From Marsupella aquatica (lineage: Eukaryota; Plantae; Marchantiophyta), in contig OZ316896.1 of NCBI GenBank assembly GCA_973895155.1, positions 11,274,795 to 11,338,794 on the forward strand: DNA of 64,000 nt, given 5' to 3'. The notes below the pieces were generated by a model. That model was not told where the DNA came from, ran no database searches, and was given only the letters and a program-made list of their open reading frames with translations. A program made the position numbers and the translations under genes. Within the stretch, counting starts at the first letter, position 1, and each line of letters opens with the position of its first letter. Shown here one piece after another: positions 35,682 to 47,474 of the stretch.

Positions 35682-36559
35682 CTATTTGGCATCATATTTG
35701 CGCTTCAAAGAAGCGCCCACTGTTGAGGTCTCATCCCTGTTCTTAGCAGGGACGTCGGTGATCAGGCCTTCCTCGCTGCTCCTATGCAGACGATCGATTA
35801 GCGTCTGTGCGTTGTCTTTAGTCAAGTTGACCAGCATGTCGATTGGCATCTTGAAATCACGTCTCAGCCTTGTAACCTAGGCCAGATGCGCTCCCTTGGT
35901 ATGCTGAATGTATTCGTGTGTCGCCTCCTTCTTGGTCAGCTGGTCCTCATCGAAAGGTACTGCCATGTACCTGAGCACCTCTTTCTACACTCCTGTGTTA
36001 CAATTTATGGTTGAGTTAGTACATTATTGTTCTTTAATGTTGTAAGATGGGTTTGAGTGGGACTTTGTTACCTGTTGCTGGTCTCTCATTAAAGAGTTCC
36101 TTGAAATCTTCAAAGAATTTCTTGCGGTTGTCTATCAATTTTGACATGTCTTTTTTGTTGATGCCGAAGTCCCATTCTGAGGCTTCCATTCCCATACCGT
36201 CTGCGTACTCGATCTGCTTGGTCGTGGGGACGTCTATCTCACGACTGTGGTCCCCTGTAGGCAGCTCACGCATGATCAATCGCGCCAGCTCGACTGCCGT
36301 CATGGGCTGAAGTGAGACACCGACAAAATGTTAGTTGGTTTTAGTGTCACGTTAGTTGTTATCAATTTCTTTACATCTGTTTTTCCTAATGAATTTAATA
36401 GTGGTGAAGAGATCTGGAGATGGATTGTAGTGGTGTTACCGTCGTGATGTTTGTCTTGGCAGCTGGTGCAGTTGTCTCAATGTGCGCCGGCTCTCGTGGA
36501 TGTGGTTGGGATGACTTCCCGACTTTGCTCTGTTTGCTGGTCGACATCTGCTTCACCAT
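35682..36559 (-). pseudogene. Three-exon accessory ORF of the Helitron, unknown function
   Basis: Exons 36440-36559, 36072-36306, 35682-35992; GT-AG introns with compatible phases (0, 1); in-frame TAGs at 35985-35987 and 35877-35879. Confidence 0.65.
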
Positions 36560-39500
36560 GAATGGGCAAATCCTTGGATAAGCGAAACACTCTGAAGTCG
36601 GACGGCTTGAGATTTCCAACAATGCGCATGAATGACCTGTTTGTGACTCTACTCAACATGACATAGACTAGCCCGGGTGCAAATGCATTGCTAATGTCCA
36701 ACACGACCTTGTTGGATACCGTGCATCCTTGGCTTTTGTGTCCGGTAATTGCATACCCGAGCATCAAAGGGAACGTGGATTTTCTATAGGTCTCGAGTTC
36801 TGAGAGGAATTTGTTTTCATGCACTGTGCTATTCACTTTGATGAGACAGTGGTTGGAAGCCAGGCGGATAGAAATAGTCATTTTGCCGTTGGTGTCGGTC
36901 TTGATGTCCTCAATGACTCCGCCGTTGCCGTTGACTGCATGTTGGGCAAGGTCGATGTTATGTGTGAGAATCACCTTGCATCCAATTGCTGCGGTTGAGA
37001 GTGTGTGGAAGTTGGAATCTTGGATCCAAGCTTTCGTCACATCAGTGAATGGGGCATTTGTCAATATGGGGATGTCTATGATGTCTTGTGGTGCAAAGTA
37101 GCTTTGTAGGGCCAGGTTGTTGTAGTTGTTGACAGAGTCTCTATGCGTGCATATGACGGTCGTAGAGGCATCCATGAAGTCTAGCGCTTTGGTTTTTGAG
37201 ACATAGCATTTTGAAAGGCAATCCTCGATTGATTCTTGGGTGGGGAGCTCTGTCTGGATTGCATTGAGGAACTCCATGAATTGTCGGTCCTTGCTTTGTC
37301 TGAGGACTGTGCTAAGGTGGAACTTTTGCATGGACTCATAAAATGGCGACGCTGATATATGGCACAACTTGCATATGTTGTCTGTTTGATGGTTGCATAC
37401 TGGGGGCAGTTGGCACATGTCACCCACTAGGATCACCATCTTTCTCTTGAAAGGGTCGGCGGTGCGGTACTCATCTTGGAGTGTCTCGTGGATCCTTGTG
37501 GAGATACACCGCAGTAGTTTAGGCGTCAGCATGCTGGCCTCGTCTATGACAAAAATGTCATTGTTTCTCAACGTCTGAAAGTATGGGCTTGTGATGTGGA
37601 GAGGTCGGAGCTCTCTGTGTGTCGGAATGTTGAACAAGGAATGCATAGTCACTACGTTGGAGTTGAGGTTGATTGCGGCCGCGCCTGTGGTGGCACACAT
37701 CTTCATAGACCTTCCTTTTGATCTCCAATACCTGTCCATGTGTGCTATGAAAAAAGTCTTGCCTGAGCCCGGGTTCCCGTTGATCATGAACAGTCCGCTT
37801 GTGACATCCTTGAGTGCCTTGAACACTTCCTTTTGGTCTGGAGTCAACTTTACATTTTGGATTGCTTCTTCTGCAGTGGTGGTGGCCATTGTTGGTGGTA
37901 CAGTATTGGAAGGGCCTAGCTGGAATGTGGCTGCTTCCTTAAAAATCTCAAGAGGAAGCTTGTCGTTCAGTTCATGCAATTGGTGCGATGTGTGGTGGGT
38001 CGAGTAGAGGTGCGATGTGCAGTACTCAAGAACCAATTGGTGTATGTCATCTACGTTGTTGATCAACTTGCGATGGATGCACTCGTGTAGGTAGGTCCAA
38101 GTGTCGCTAAAGGGTTTGAGGAGAATTTCTCCTTCAGCACAAAATCTTACGACCTTCAACAGGTAGTTGTAGAAGAAGCCATTCATCTTGTAGACCGGAT
38201 GGTACTCCAAAAATTTCACGAGCCGGTTTGTGCGATACACAAAGTTGCCTTGTAAGTCTTGACCAACATAGTCACTGTTGTTGCTTTTCTTGTTGGTGAG
38301 GACCTCATGGTTTGTAAAGTACTCATGGAAGGACATATCAAAGAGTGCCTCGGGTCTCTGTGCGTACAATCGAGTCGGATGTAAACATATCCCTGATGAT
38401 TTTCTATAGATGGCTGATCTTAGCTCAGGAGGGGAAGAATCCATGTAGAACACTGTCTCTGAGTGGTGTATGATGTTGATTTTGAGGCATGTCAGAGCTG
38501 CCTCCATGGCGCACACGCTTCGAGAAAGTACTGCTCCACTGACCAACTTTAGTTGAATTTCAGTCAAGTCGTCCAAGCCTAGGGTACGTGCATCATCGAC
38601 ATTTAACTTGAGAGATCCCAATGGCTCGCATTTGATGGCGTACTTGAGCAAATAGAATGACCAAGCTGCATTTGTGACGCGTTGGAGGTTCATGTGCGCA
38701 CCCCACAATAGTAGCACGAGCGGATGATATGGGACGACATTTCGATGGTGGTCACTTGGCCTGAGATACCTCCATCTGCCAGTGGTTGGATTTATCGTGG
38801 CGATCCTCTCAGAGTATGTCTCTTGGGGGAATCCCAATTTACAATATCGTAGACCTGTTTGGTGTTGCATTTGCAAGCATAAGCCGGGCTTGCAGTAGTG
38901 CATTTGCTTTGTCACCACATTCTGATAGAGTGTTCTGTCTTCTGGATTTTCAGGCTCTTCAAATCTATCCAATGCCTCATCAAATCTTCCAGGAATGTAT
39001 GCAGCTATTTCGTTTGTGACACGATCAATGTCGGGTTCCTCCACCCATAGCACAGTGTGTGCATGTAGTGATCCTCTTCCCTACAACTCATACCTGATGA
39101 TGTAGTGCAACACCTTGCCAAGTATGGCATGTCTCGACAAAATGTATTCCTTGAAAAACCGTTGTATTCGTTCATGGAAAAGGACAGCACATTCGGCCGG
39201 ACAGTCTTTCCATGAGAACGAGCGATTCATTCTCTTTGCTATGGTTTCCAAATCTGCTATCTCTGGCCATCTTGTGTCACTAAGCTTGTCACAAGTCAAC
39301 GTTAGGAAGAAGTGTGGCAAACCCCATTTTCTCACCATGCACTTTAGGTCATCGAGATGTTTTCCATGCCACGCTGGGCTTCCGGGAACAGCCTGGGTGA
39401 TTGTCTTCTTTATCAACATTTTGTAGATATCCTTCTCGATGAAGTGTGGGAACTTTTGCTTAATGGACAAGTATTCCTTTTCTATCACTGTCGTCCTGCT

Positions 39501-40604
39501 CATGGATGCTATCTGGCTGGCCTGTTGCAGCTGGTACATGATGAGTAGATACGGCTTGTACAAAGTGAACACACTGAATAGCTGTTGGGTTCTGCGTTTC
39601 ATGTAGTCGATTAAGCTAAGCTGTCCTTGGTGGAATCCCCTGGAGTGCACAAACAGGAAAGGGAACATTGCAGTCTCCAATGTCAATTTTGGATTTTCAG
39701 ATAGCCCTTCAACATTGGTCTCGACTTCTTCTTCCGTGCACATCCGCTTGCGAGCGTAAACGGTGCCGGAACGAAAGATTTGGTAATGGCGTTTGCGTGA
39801 AGTTGGGATTGTGTACGTCACGTCTTGCAAGATGTGTAGATCAGGGTCAAAGGGGTCAAAGTTCATGGATCTTGTGGTGATTCCTTTTGCCCTTTTGTCT
39901 TTGAGGATTTCGTCAACAGCCTCGGAACTGAGGATGCAAAGTCCAAGCGATGGTTCTGGCAACTCGACCAACGACACGTATTGCTTGAAAAGTTTGTTCT
40001 TAGTCAAATTCAATTCCATGACCTTGTAGATCTGCAACATGATCTCATCTTTGTTGTCACACTCCAAGGTCTCCAAATTCCAAGATATCAAGGGGCTATC
40101 TAGGAGGCTTTCATTCTTATAAAAGCCAGAATGGAAGCCATGGAACTTTTGTATGATGCCCATTCGACAATCGATCAATGACAATAGTTGCATGTAGAGT
40201 GGCTTTGCGGCCAGGATATTGATCGCGTATTGTGGAGACACAAAAGTGTTAATCTGAATCCTTTTGGGATTTCGAGCGCATGTTACGCAAACATTCACTT
40301 TTTCATCCTGGGTATCAATGTATTGGTTCATGAAAGCGTTGCATATCCCGTATGGCATGACGCCAATCTTTTGAACAGTGGTGAATGTCATATCGAGCCT
40401 TGATGTGTTGCCATAACGCACAAGTCCGCACATTCCGCACACCCTCATGTCTCGTACCGTCTTTTGGCAGACTGTTTGCCATTCTTGTAGATACAATTGG
40501 GCCGAGGCCCATCCTTGACAGTATGGGCTTTGCAATTCAGCACGGGCGAGTGTGGCACGCTCTCGTGCTGTATCTCTTCTCTCAGATAATGTACGGCGCG
40601 GCAT
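36477..40604 (-). pseudogene. RepHel transposase (HUH Rep + Pif1 helicase), one nonsense codon
   Basis: PHFFLTLTC, RYEL*GRGSLHAH and YLLKYAIK Rep motifs; GNPGSGKT, IDEASML, GDMCQLPPV, FPLMLGYAITGHKSQG, YVMLSRV helicase motifs; the 507-aa and 858-aa ORFs are one frame split by TAG at 39081-39083. Confidence 0.95.
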
Positions 40605-40954
40605 TTACTTGCAGCCCTATGCATATCAAGAAGAAAGGGTCAGGGTTTATGCAAGAATACGGTCTGCCATGAAATTTCACATGGGAAGAAATGACCAAAG
40701 TTGTGATCCTAGCTTTGCAAAGTAAACCATTTTGAGGTCAAGTGAATGAGTTTTGTGCAAAGCACAAAGAAAGAATGTAAGTGATGACCTATAATTAGGT
40801 GGACATAACATGTAGAATCATGGAGCAACGTGGAAGACATGGAAGTGCCATAGTTGAGGTCAAGAGAATGAGGTATGATAGAAAGAATGTAAGTAATCGC
40901 CTCTATATAAGTTCCATCTCAGTATTTAGGCTCATCCTTCTGTATGAACCCAAA

Positions 40955-41104
40955 CCCAAAAATTACCTTGCTTTTGCCACAAACAGGACAGAGTCCCTTT
41001 GGATTTACAAGAAACCTGCTCTGTCCTGTTTGTCACCATCCTTGATGATGTGGCGCATCCTAGTGCCAGAGAATTTGCAAGAGACCTCTAATGGGGGTCC
41101 GTAA
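40955..41104 (-). repeat. Internal copy of the Helitron 5' terminus (150 bp)
   Basis: Appears identical to 46412-46561. Confidence 0.92.
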
Positions 41105-41189
41105 CGATTTAACATTCCAATTAGGAAAGTGACAGAGTTATCCTCTACCATAACTTGTGGATGAATGGGGCAAGTTATGTATTATGCCA

Positions 41190-42930
41190 GATTTGGCTCT
41201 ATATATATTCATCCATAAGGACGAATACTAGAAACCTAAGCACATTGTGTACTTTCAAAGTAAGGGATATTGTTTTATGATGATATGTGAAGCTACAACA
41301 CTCACTAGCACTAATATCCATTTCAAGCTGGAAATTTATCTTCTATTTCACCTGCCTTCAACATCCTACAACTAAAATACACTGAGTACAAACTGACTTT
41401 CTACTAGAATCATAAATTTACTTATTATTTTATTTTATAAGTTGTTAATGTTATGTTTCTATATTGATGATATAATAAACTGATTCCATAGTAGGGTCAT
41501 TAGTTTTTCACTTCTTCCTCTTGTTTGTTCAGTTTTGATGTTGTTTGTACTTTAATAATGTTTTATGTAAGAGATAAAACAAACTCATGGCAAAGTAGGT
41601 TTGGTGTTTAGTCTTAGCATGATGTTTTGTTTTATAACTTTTTAAAGATTGCTTTACAGTTATTTTGAATTAAAGTCACATTTATAACACATGATTGTGC
41701 CATCAGCTTCTCACTGAAATATTTGTTGCTGTTAGACTATTGTTATAACGATTGTTTCTTGCAGTTTTTAAGAGAGTTGAGTTGCATAGAATGAACATAC
41801 TTGTACCACAGACAATCAATAATTGTGACTCGTATTGCAGTTGCCCTTCCAAAGAGTTGATGTGTTGTAATCCACCTATCAAGGTAAGAGATCATGGATT
41901 GACACTCATAGTATTTAGTCAGATGCTTGATTTATACAGTTGTTTGCTCTATATTTATTCATGAGGACAAATACTAGAAACCTAAGCACATTGTTAACTT
42001 TGAAAGTAAGGGATTTTGTTTTATGTGTCTTGGACAGATTACCAACTAAAATACAATGATTACAATCTGACTTTCTACTACAAATATAAGTTTACTTACT
42101 ATTTTATTTTATGCGTGTTAATGTCATGTTTCTATATTGATGATATAAAATATTGATTCCATAGTAGGCTCGTTACTTTTTCACTTGTTCTTTTTCACTT
42201 GTTCCACTTGTTAGATTGGTTTTCATGCTCTTTTTGCTTCAATTACGTTTTTCATATAAGAGATGTGTTGTAATCCACCTATCAAGGTAAGAGATCGATC
42301 ATGGATTGGCATGCATAGTAGTTAGATGCTTGATTCATACAGTTGTTTGTTCTATATTCATCCATAAGGACGAATACTGGAAACCTAAGCACAATGTGAA
42401 CTTTGAAAGTAAGGGATTTTGTTGTATGTGTCTTGGACAACGTACCCAACTAAAATACAATGAGTACAAACTGACTTTCTACTACAAATATAAGTTTACT
42501 TACTATTTTATTTTATGTGTGTTAATGTCATGTTTCTATATTGATGATATAATAAATTGATTCTATAGTAGGGTCGTTACTTTTTCACTTGTTCCACTTG
42601 TTACTTTAGTTTTCATGTTGTTTGTGCTTTAATTATGTTTTTCATATAAGCGATAAGTCTTAGCATGATGTATCGGTTATAATTTTTTAAAGATTGCTTT
42701 ACAGTCCTTTTGAATTAAAGTCACACTTATAACACATGATTGTGCTATCAGATTCTCAGAAAACTATTTGTTGTTGTTAGACTATTGTTATAACGATAGT
42801 TTTTTGCAGTTTTGAAGAGAGTTGAGTTGTATAGAATGAACATACTTGTATCACTGACCAGCAATAAATGTGTCTCGTATTGCAGTTTCCCTTCCAAAGC
42901 GTTGATGTGTTGTAATCCACCTATCAAGGT
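41190..42930. repeat. AT-rich tandem duplications (A-B, A, A-B pattern)
   Basis: AGGACRAATACTRGAAACCTAAGCACA at ~41218, ~41964, ~42368; GTCTTAGCATGATG...CCACCTATCAAGGT at ~41611-41885 and ~42657-42930. Confidence 0.85.
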
Positions 42931-44461
42931 GTAGTATAGGTGTACCTCTGGAGATTTAAGTGACCTCTAAGTGGCCTGTAAAAAGTCTGTGAAATATCAA
43001 GTACAATCAACAACAGATGCTCAAAAAGCAATGAATGATGATAATGTAATTGTGAATTACTTCATTACTCCAATAAGGCAGATATAAGGTTAATTAAGGT
43101 TATTGGCCTTTGTGTAGAAGGTGCATTGCCGTCTGCCTGGTGTGGACATACATAAGCTTTACACGTAAAACAGTCAAGGCAGCCACAACCCAGCAGCTAC
43201 AGTTGCTTATGCACAGAATCTGTTCAATTGAGTGAACTTTGGGCTTTGACCATGTACAATTTTCTGGGCATTCCACTTTCCAAATTTTCATTTTGTATCA
43301 CTCCGTTCTAGACTAACCAGAGGGGGGCATACTCCACAATTCGGTTGATGACAAAATTGTCAAAAAGCACGCAAGTTTGCTTTACTGTTTGATATGTGGG
43401 TCTTGATGAGAGGATATTATTCTCATGCATGTGATTTCTGTTTTTTTGAACCTCGTACACTTAATGAGCTCCTCTTATCTTCCAAAGTGATGATGTCATT
43501 GCAATGGATATGAACAAACGTGAAGATTGTACAATCATACACAGTGTCCATACCATGTAAAGAAAGACTCATCAACTTCTCAAGTAAATTATGTCCCAAA
43601 AAGAAGAGGAAGCAAAATGGAAAAGTTCTATATCAACAAACCGAGCTTCGAAAGAACGTAGGCAGAACGACCTCAGTTTCACCTTCAAGAAGTGCTTTCA
43701 TAGAATCTCCATGTACATTTATTTTCTCCACCTACACCAATTTTATCTTCGGGCAAGATTCGCTCAAGCTCCTTGACGTGCCTCAGCACTCAGCACTTTG
43801 CACTGAGATTAAAAATGCATAGACTGAAAGAGGGTGAACACTATGGTAAGTCTTACAGAAAAACAGGTCACAACGCAAAAACTGAATCAAACGAACTCTC
43901 CAGACTTGTATCCCGAAGATCAGGAAATAGCCACTCGTCAAAGACCATGTTTGGCTCCAGCAAGTTCAAATCATAAAAAATTTCGTCAGTGTCAAAATAA
44001 TCCCAATCCCAGAATTACACGAACCCAGAATTTCTCTGCAAGAACAAAAACTGAAACCAGAGTGGGCTAAATGTGAAACAAACATGTGGATACAGACAAG
44101 AGGCTCCAGAGTGCACAAGACCCCAGGCATCAGGCATCAGAACTCTAGCAGAATCTATCAGAAACAACTAATATGTCCAATTGCAAAGAAGAGGTCAGGT
44201 GAGAGTGCCTTTTCAAGTGGTAGAGGGCAAAATGTGCAGTATGCAAATTTGGCCTTTCTGGTCACCAACAAGCTGTCAGAAATTTTGCCTTTATGCAACC
44301 AGACGGCCACCGTTGCAGTGAATGGGGCCCACGGAGAGCTGTCACATAATTATAACGTGACAATATTATTCTCTGAAATTGAGGATCAGCTCATTTCTAA
44401 ACGTGGTCCGTCCTACAATTCAAGGAATATGGAATTTGGCAGAGTCAGAAACTAACTTTAC

Positions 44462-44554
44462 CTTGAAAGTGTTGTCTCCAAAAAACTGAATCTCACTGAA
44501 TTCTTTCTCAACAAATGACAAACATAATGTCTTATCCCATCCACTGGGGAAGAC
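44462..44554 (-). pseudogene. Isolated phosphomannomutase (PMM) exon captured in the Helitron
   Basis: CAG|GTC...AAG|GTAAAG-bounded 93-nt exon encoding [31 protein letters not shown], matching eukaryotic PMM VFPxGWDKTYCL...IHFFGDKT. Confidence 0.85.
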
Positions 44555-45253
44555 CTGAACCATCACGATCAAAAGTTTGTTATTACAAACCAGAAATAGC
44601 GCTCTAAAAATCCCAATAGAACTTAGGAATCATTCTAGGTAAATGCTGGCGTAGAATGTGGATTGTGGCAGTTCATCTGACATCTTGTCAAACCTTGTGA
44701 GCTGTCAGAAATTTTGTCTGGATGTAACCAAGCGGCCACTGTGGCAGTGAATGCGGAGAGCTATCACATAATTATACTGTGACAATATTATTCTCTGAAA
44801 TTGAGGATCACCTCATTCCTATAACGCCCCTGGAAAAGTCATCCTGACTGAAGAAATCTCAGGTAGACGGCAGATTGTGGTCGCACATACTACTAAAACC
44901 AACTAAAGTAGCTGGATGTACTTTACATGACGAAACAGCCCCAAAGTCTAACGGACGATATTGGAAGAAATTGTGCTTTCAGAGAAGATTAAAGCGCAAC
45001 ATTTTTACCAATCAGTCATGGTGGCAATTGTGCGAAACGCGATGATGAGAGACCGATCCGGATTGGAGCCCCGGTCCTGCCAACAGCCCAGCGACGACAT
45101 GATATATCCCTGAGCCCTATTTGGTTTAGTGATAATTGTGGACATTTCGCCGTCTGTGAGGAGAAGATTAGAAAGCCCTCCAACACGGACAGGGTCGGTA
45201 GACGATGACTCGTTGGAGAACGTTCGTCATTCAGAACCGTCCTGGCCTTCTAT

Positions 45254-46561
45254 TTACGGACCCCCATTAGAGGTCTCTTGCAAATTCTCTGGCACTAGGA
45301 TGCGCCACATCATCAAGGATGGTGACAAACAGGACAGAGCAGGTTTCTTGTAAATCCAAGGGGACTCTGTCCTGTTTGTGGCAAAAGCAAGGTAATTTTT
45401 GGGGCGCCATGCCGTAACTATTAACCGTAAAAATAAAATGAATACAAGGAAAGAGATAACATATTTTTTCACTGTAACTATATTAGTTACCATTGTCTTC
45501 TTGGTCGTGGTTTTGTCTTTGTGGATGAGAAGACAACCTTTTCCGTTGCGGATTGGAAGAATTTGGGCCCGTTGCAGATTGGAAGAATTTGTGCTTGTAG
45601 TGCTAGAGCTGTGTGTGAGGTGGCCTCCTCGGCGACGCGACGATCTGGTCTACAATTGACTGATAGGAACCGCTTTCGAGGTGGAACCAGGTGAGAGAGT
45701 CTCATCGTTATGGAAATATGCACTTTACTTAAGTAATTACGATCTCGCTCTTGATATGTGTATTTTGATAAACTCGTGCTTCATTCATGTCCATGAATGA
45801 GATGCAATGCGATCGAATGGGATGGAAACAGAATAGCGAGTCTTCTCTGAACTTGCCCATTAGAGTTCAAGATATGGTCTCCAGCTCTAGTTAAGAGACA
45901 TTTGTCTACAATTCGCTTAAGCTCGAACTCACAACTGCCGGGTGGGGAGCTTGTCACCATTTTGGAGAGATGGCGAGTGAGGCAGAGCACCCGATCAAAA
46001 TGACTCCTGGGGATGGAGAGACCCCGCTTGCTCACTTTGCAACGTGCGCCGCATCAATTGCACGGGCTCATCCATACAAAGCTGGTCCCTTCTTCGTTGT
46101 TAAAATTCCGCATTTTCATTTTCCCATCCCGAAATGGAGGCTCTATGCCGCTCCCCATGGCAAACCACCTATAGGAAGAAATGCAAACTGGCGACAAAAC
46201 CACGACCAAAAAGACTGCTTCGGTTTTCACATGCACACAGGATTATGTGTGACGTTACTTTACTTTACGTTACTTACTTCTCTATTTTTTTGAGTCATTT
46301 TGTAGCATTTAAAATAGTCCAATGGTAACTAATACAGTTACAGTGAAAAAATATGTTATCTCTTTCCTTGTATTCTTTTTATTTTTACGGTTAATAGTTA
46401 CGGCATGGCGCCCCAAAAATTACCTTGCTTTTGCCACAAACAGGACAGAGTCCCTTTGGATTTACAAGAAACCTGCTCTGTCCTGTTTGTCACCATCCTT
46501 GATGATGTGGCGCATCCTAGTGCCAGAGAATTTGCAAGAGACCTCTAATGGGGGTCCGTAA
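45254..46561. repeat. 242-bp inverted repeat (45254-45495 / 46320-46561)
   Basis: Arms are reverse complements with ~3 differences; 824-bp spacer. Confidence 0.95.
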
Positions 46562-47044
46562 TCAAAAGATACTCCCTGGGCATATTATTTAGAGTGGAGA
46601 CTCTATCTAACTCGGTGCATGACTTAAGTGAAAGTGCACACAAAATAAGGGATGGGGCAAAGATGAACAAGAAATAGCATGGAATCCTGTTTTTGCTAGG
46701 TTTTTCTTTCTTGTCCTCTCTATTGACGTTCAAGGACAGTTAATCAGGCTACGAAGTGAGGGACTAACTTAAACAATGGACTAGCAAAAATGTCTAGGCC
46801 ATCTCGAAGCTTTAAAGTTGGTTGCATAGGTTAGCCATGCTGCATCCTATATATTTGCTTGTGGAAGAGAAACTTGGGCTCATTGTTATAGAGTCACTTG
46901 AAAGATAGAGAAAGTTTGCGCTACAAAAGTTTGATATGGCCAACTAGTCTAGAGTGCAATAAAGTTTTCACGTGTTTCCATAGATATAACCTCATACAAG
47001 GTGAACCACGTAATTATGTCTCTGTGCCAAGTACTTGTTGACTG

Positions 47045-47474
47045 GATGGTCATGTGCATGCCCTTGTGAGTCACACCTTTGCTCAAGAGTTGAGTTAAGG
47101 TCCATCAAATTTGAATGGTCATGTGCATGCCCTTGTGAGTCAAGCCTTTGCTCAAGAGTTGAGTTAAGGTTCATCAAATTTGAAACTTTGAGACTCTCTA
47201 GTACCTAATCCTTAACAAAAGTTATAGGGACCCCAAATGTAAATATATTACTCAATAGGACCCCTATTCTCTAGTACCTAATCCTTAACAAAAGTTATAG
47301 GGACCCCAAATGTAAATGTATTACTCAATAGGACCCCTAAAATTTTGGGTGTATTGATTCAAGGTAAATCAATGGTTTGGATCAGTCAAGGGTAATATCA
47401 AGTAACACATTTCATTTTTGGGTCTCATCAAACAAATTACTCCCATAGGTCTCATCAAACAAATTACTCCCATA
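47045..47474. repeat. Short tandem duplications plus a third Mutator-like MITE copy
   Basis: ~71-bp, ~72-bp and 29-bp duplications; TTTTGGGT..ATCAATGGTTTGGATCA..TCAAGTAACAC shared with 542-711. Confidence 0.65.

Larger units (their letters stand above)
35508..46561 (-). mobile_element. Composite Helitron-like rolling-circle transposon (~11 kb)
   Basis: RepHel gene; 3' end = imperfect palindrome + CTAG (35508-35511); 5' end TTACGGACCCCCA at 46561; flanks join as A^T and restore a unit of a local host repeat; outer boundary inferred. Confidence 0.78.

Noticed and set aside
35682-36559. Fanzor/TnpB passenger in the Helitron
   Set aside because: No RuvC or zinc-finger motifs visible, and the ORF is too short
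46322-46561. Recurrent ORF PKNYLAFATNRTES (also at 40799 and 45254)
   Set aside because: Recurs only because the terminal DNA is repeated; no coding evidence
35505-46561. TAA target duplication suggesting PIF/Harbinger
   Set aside because: Ends are not inverted repeats, no DDE transposase is present, and TAA is part of all three terminus copies
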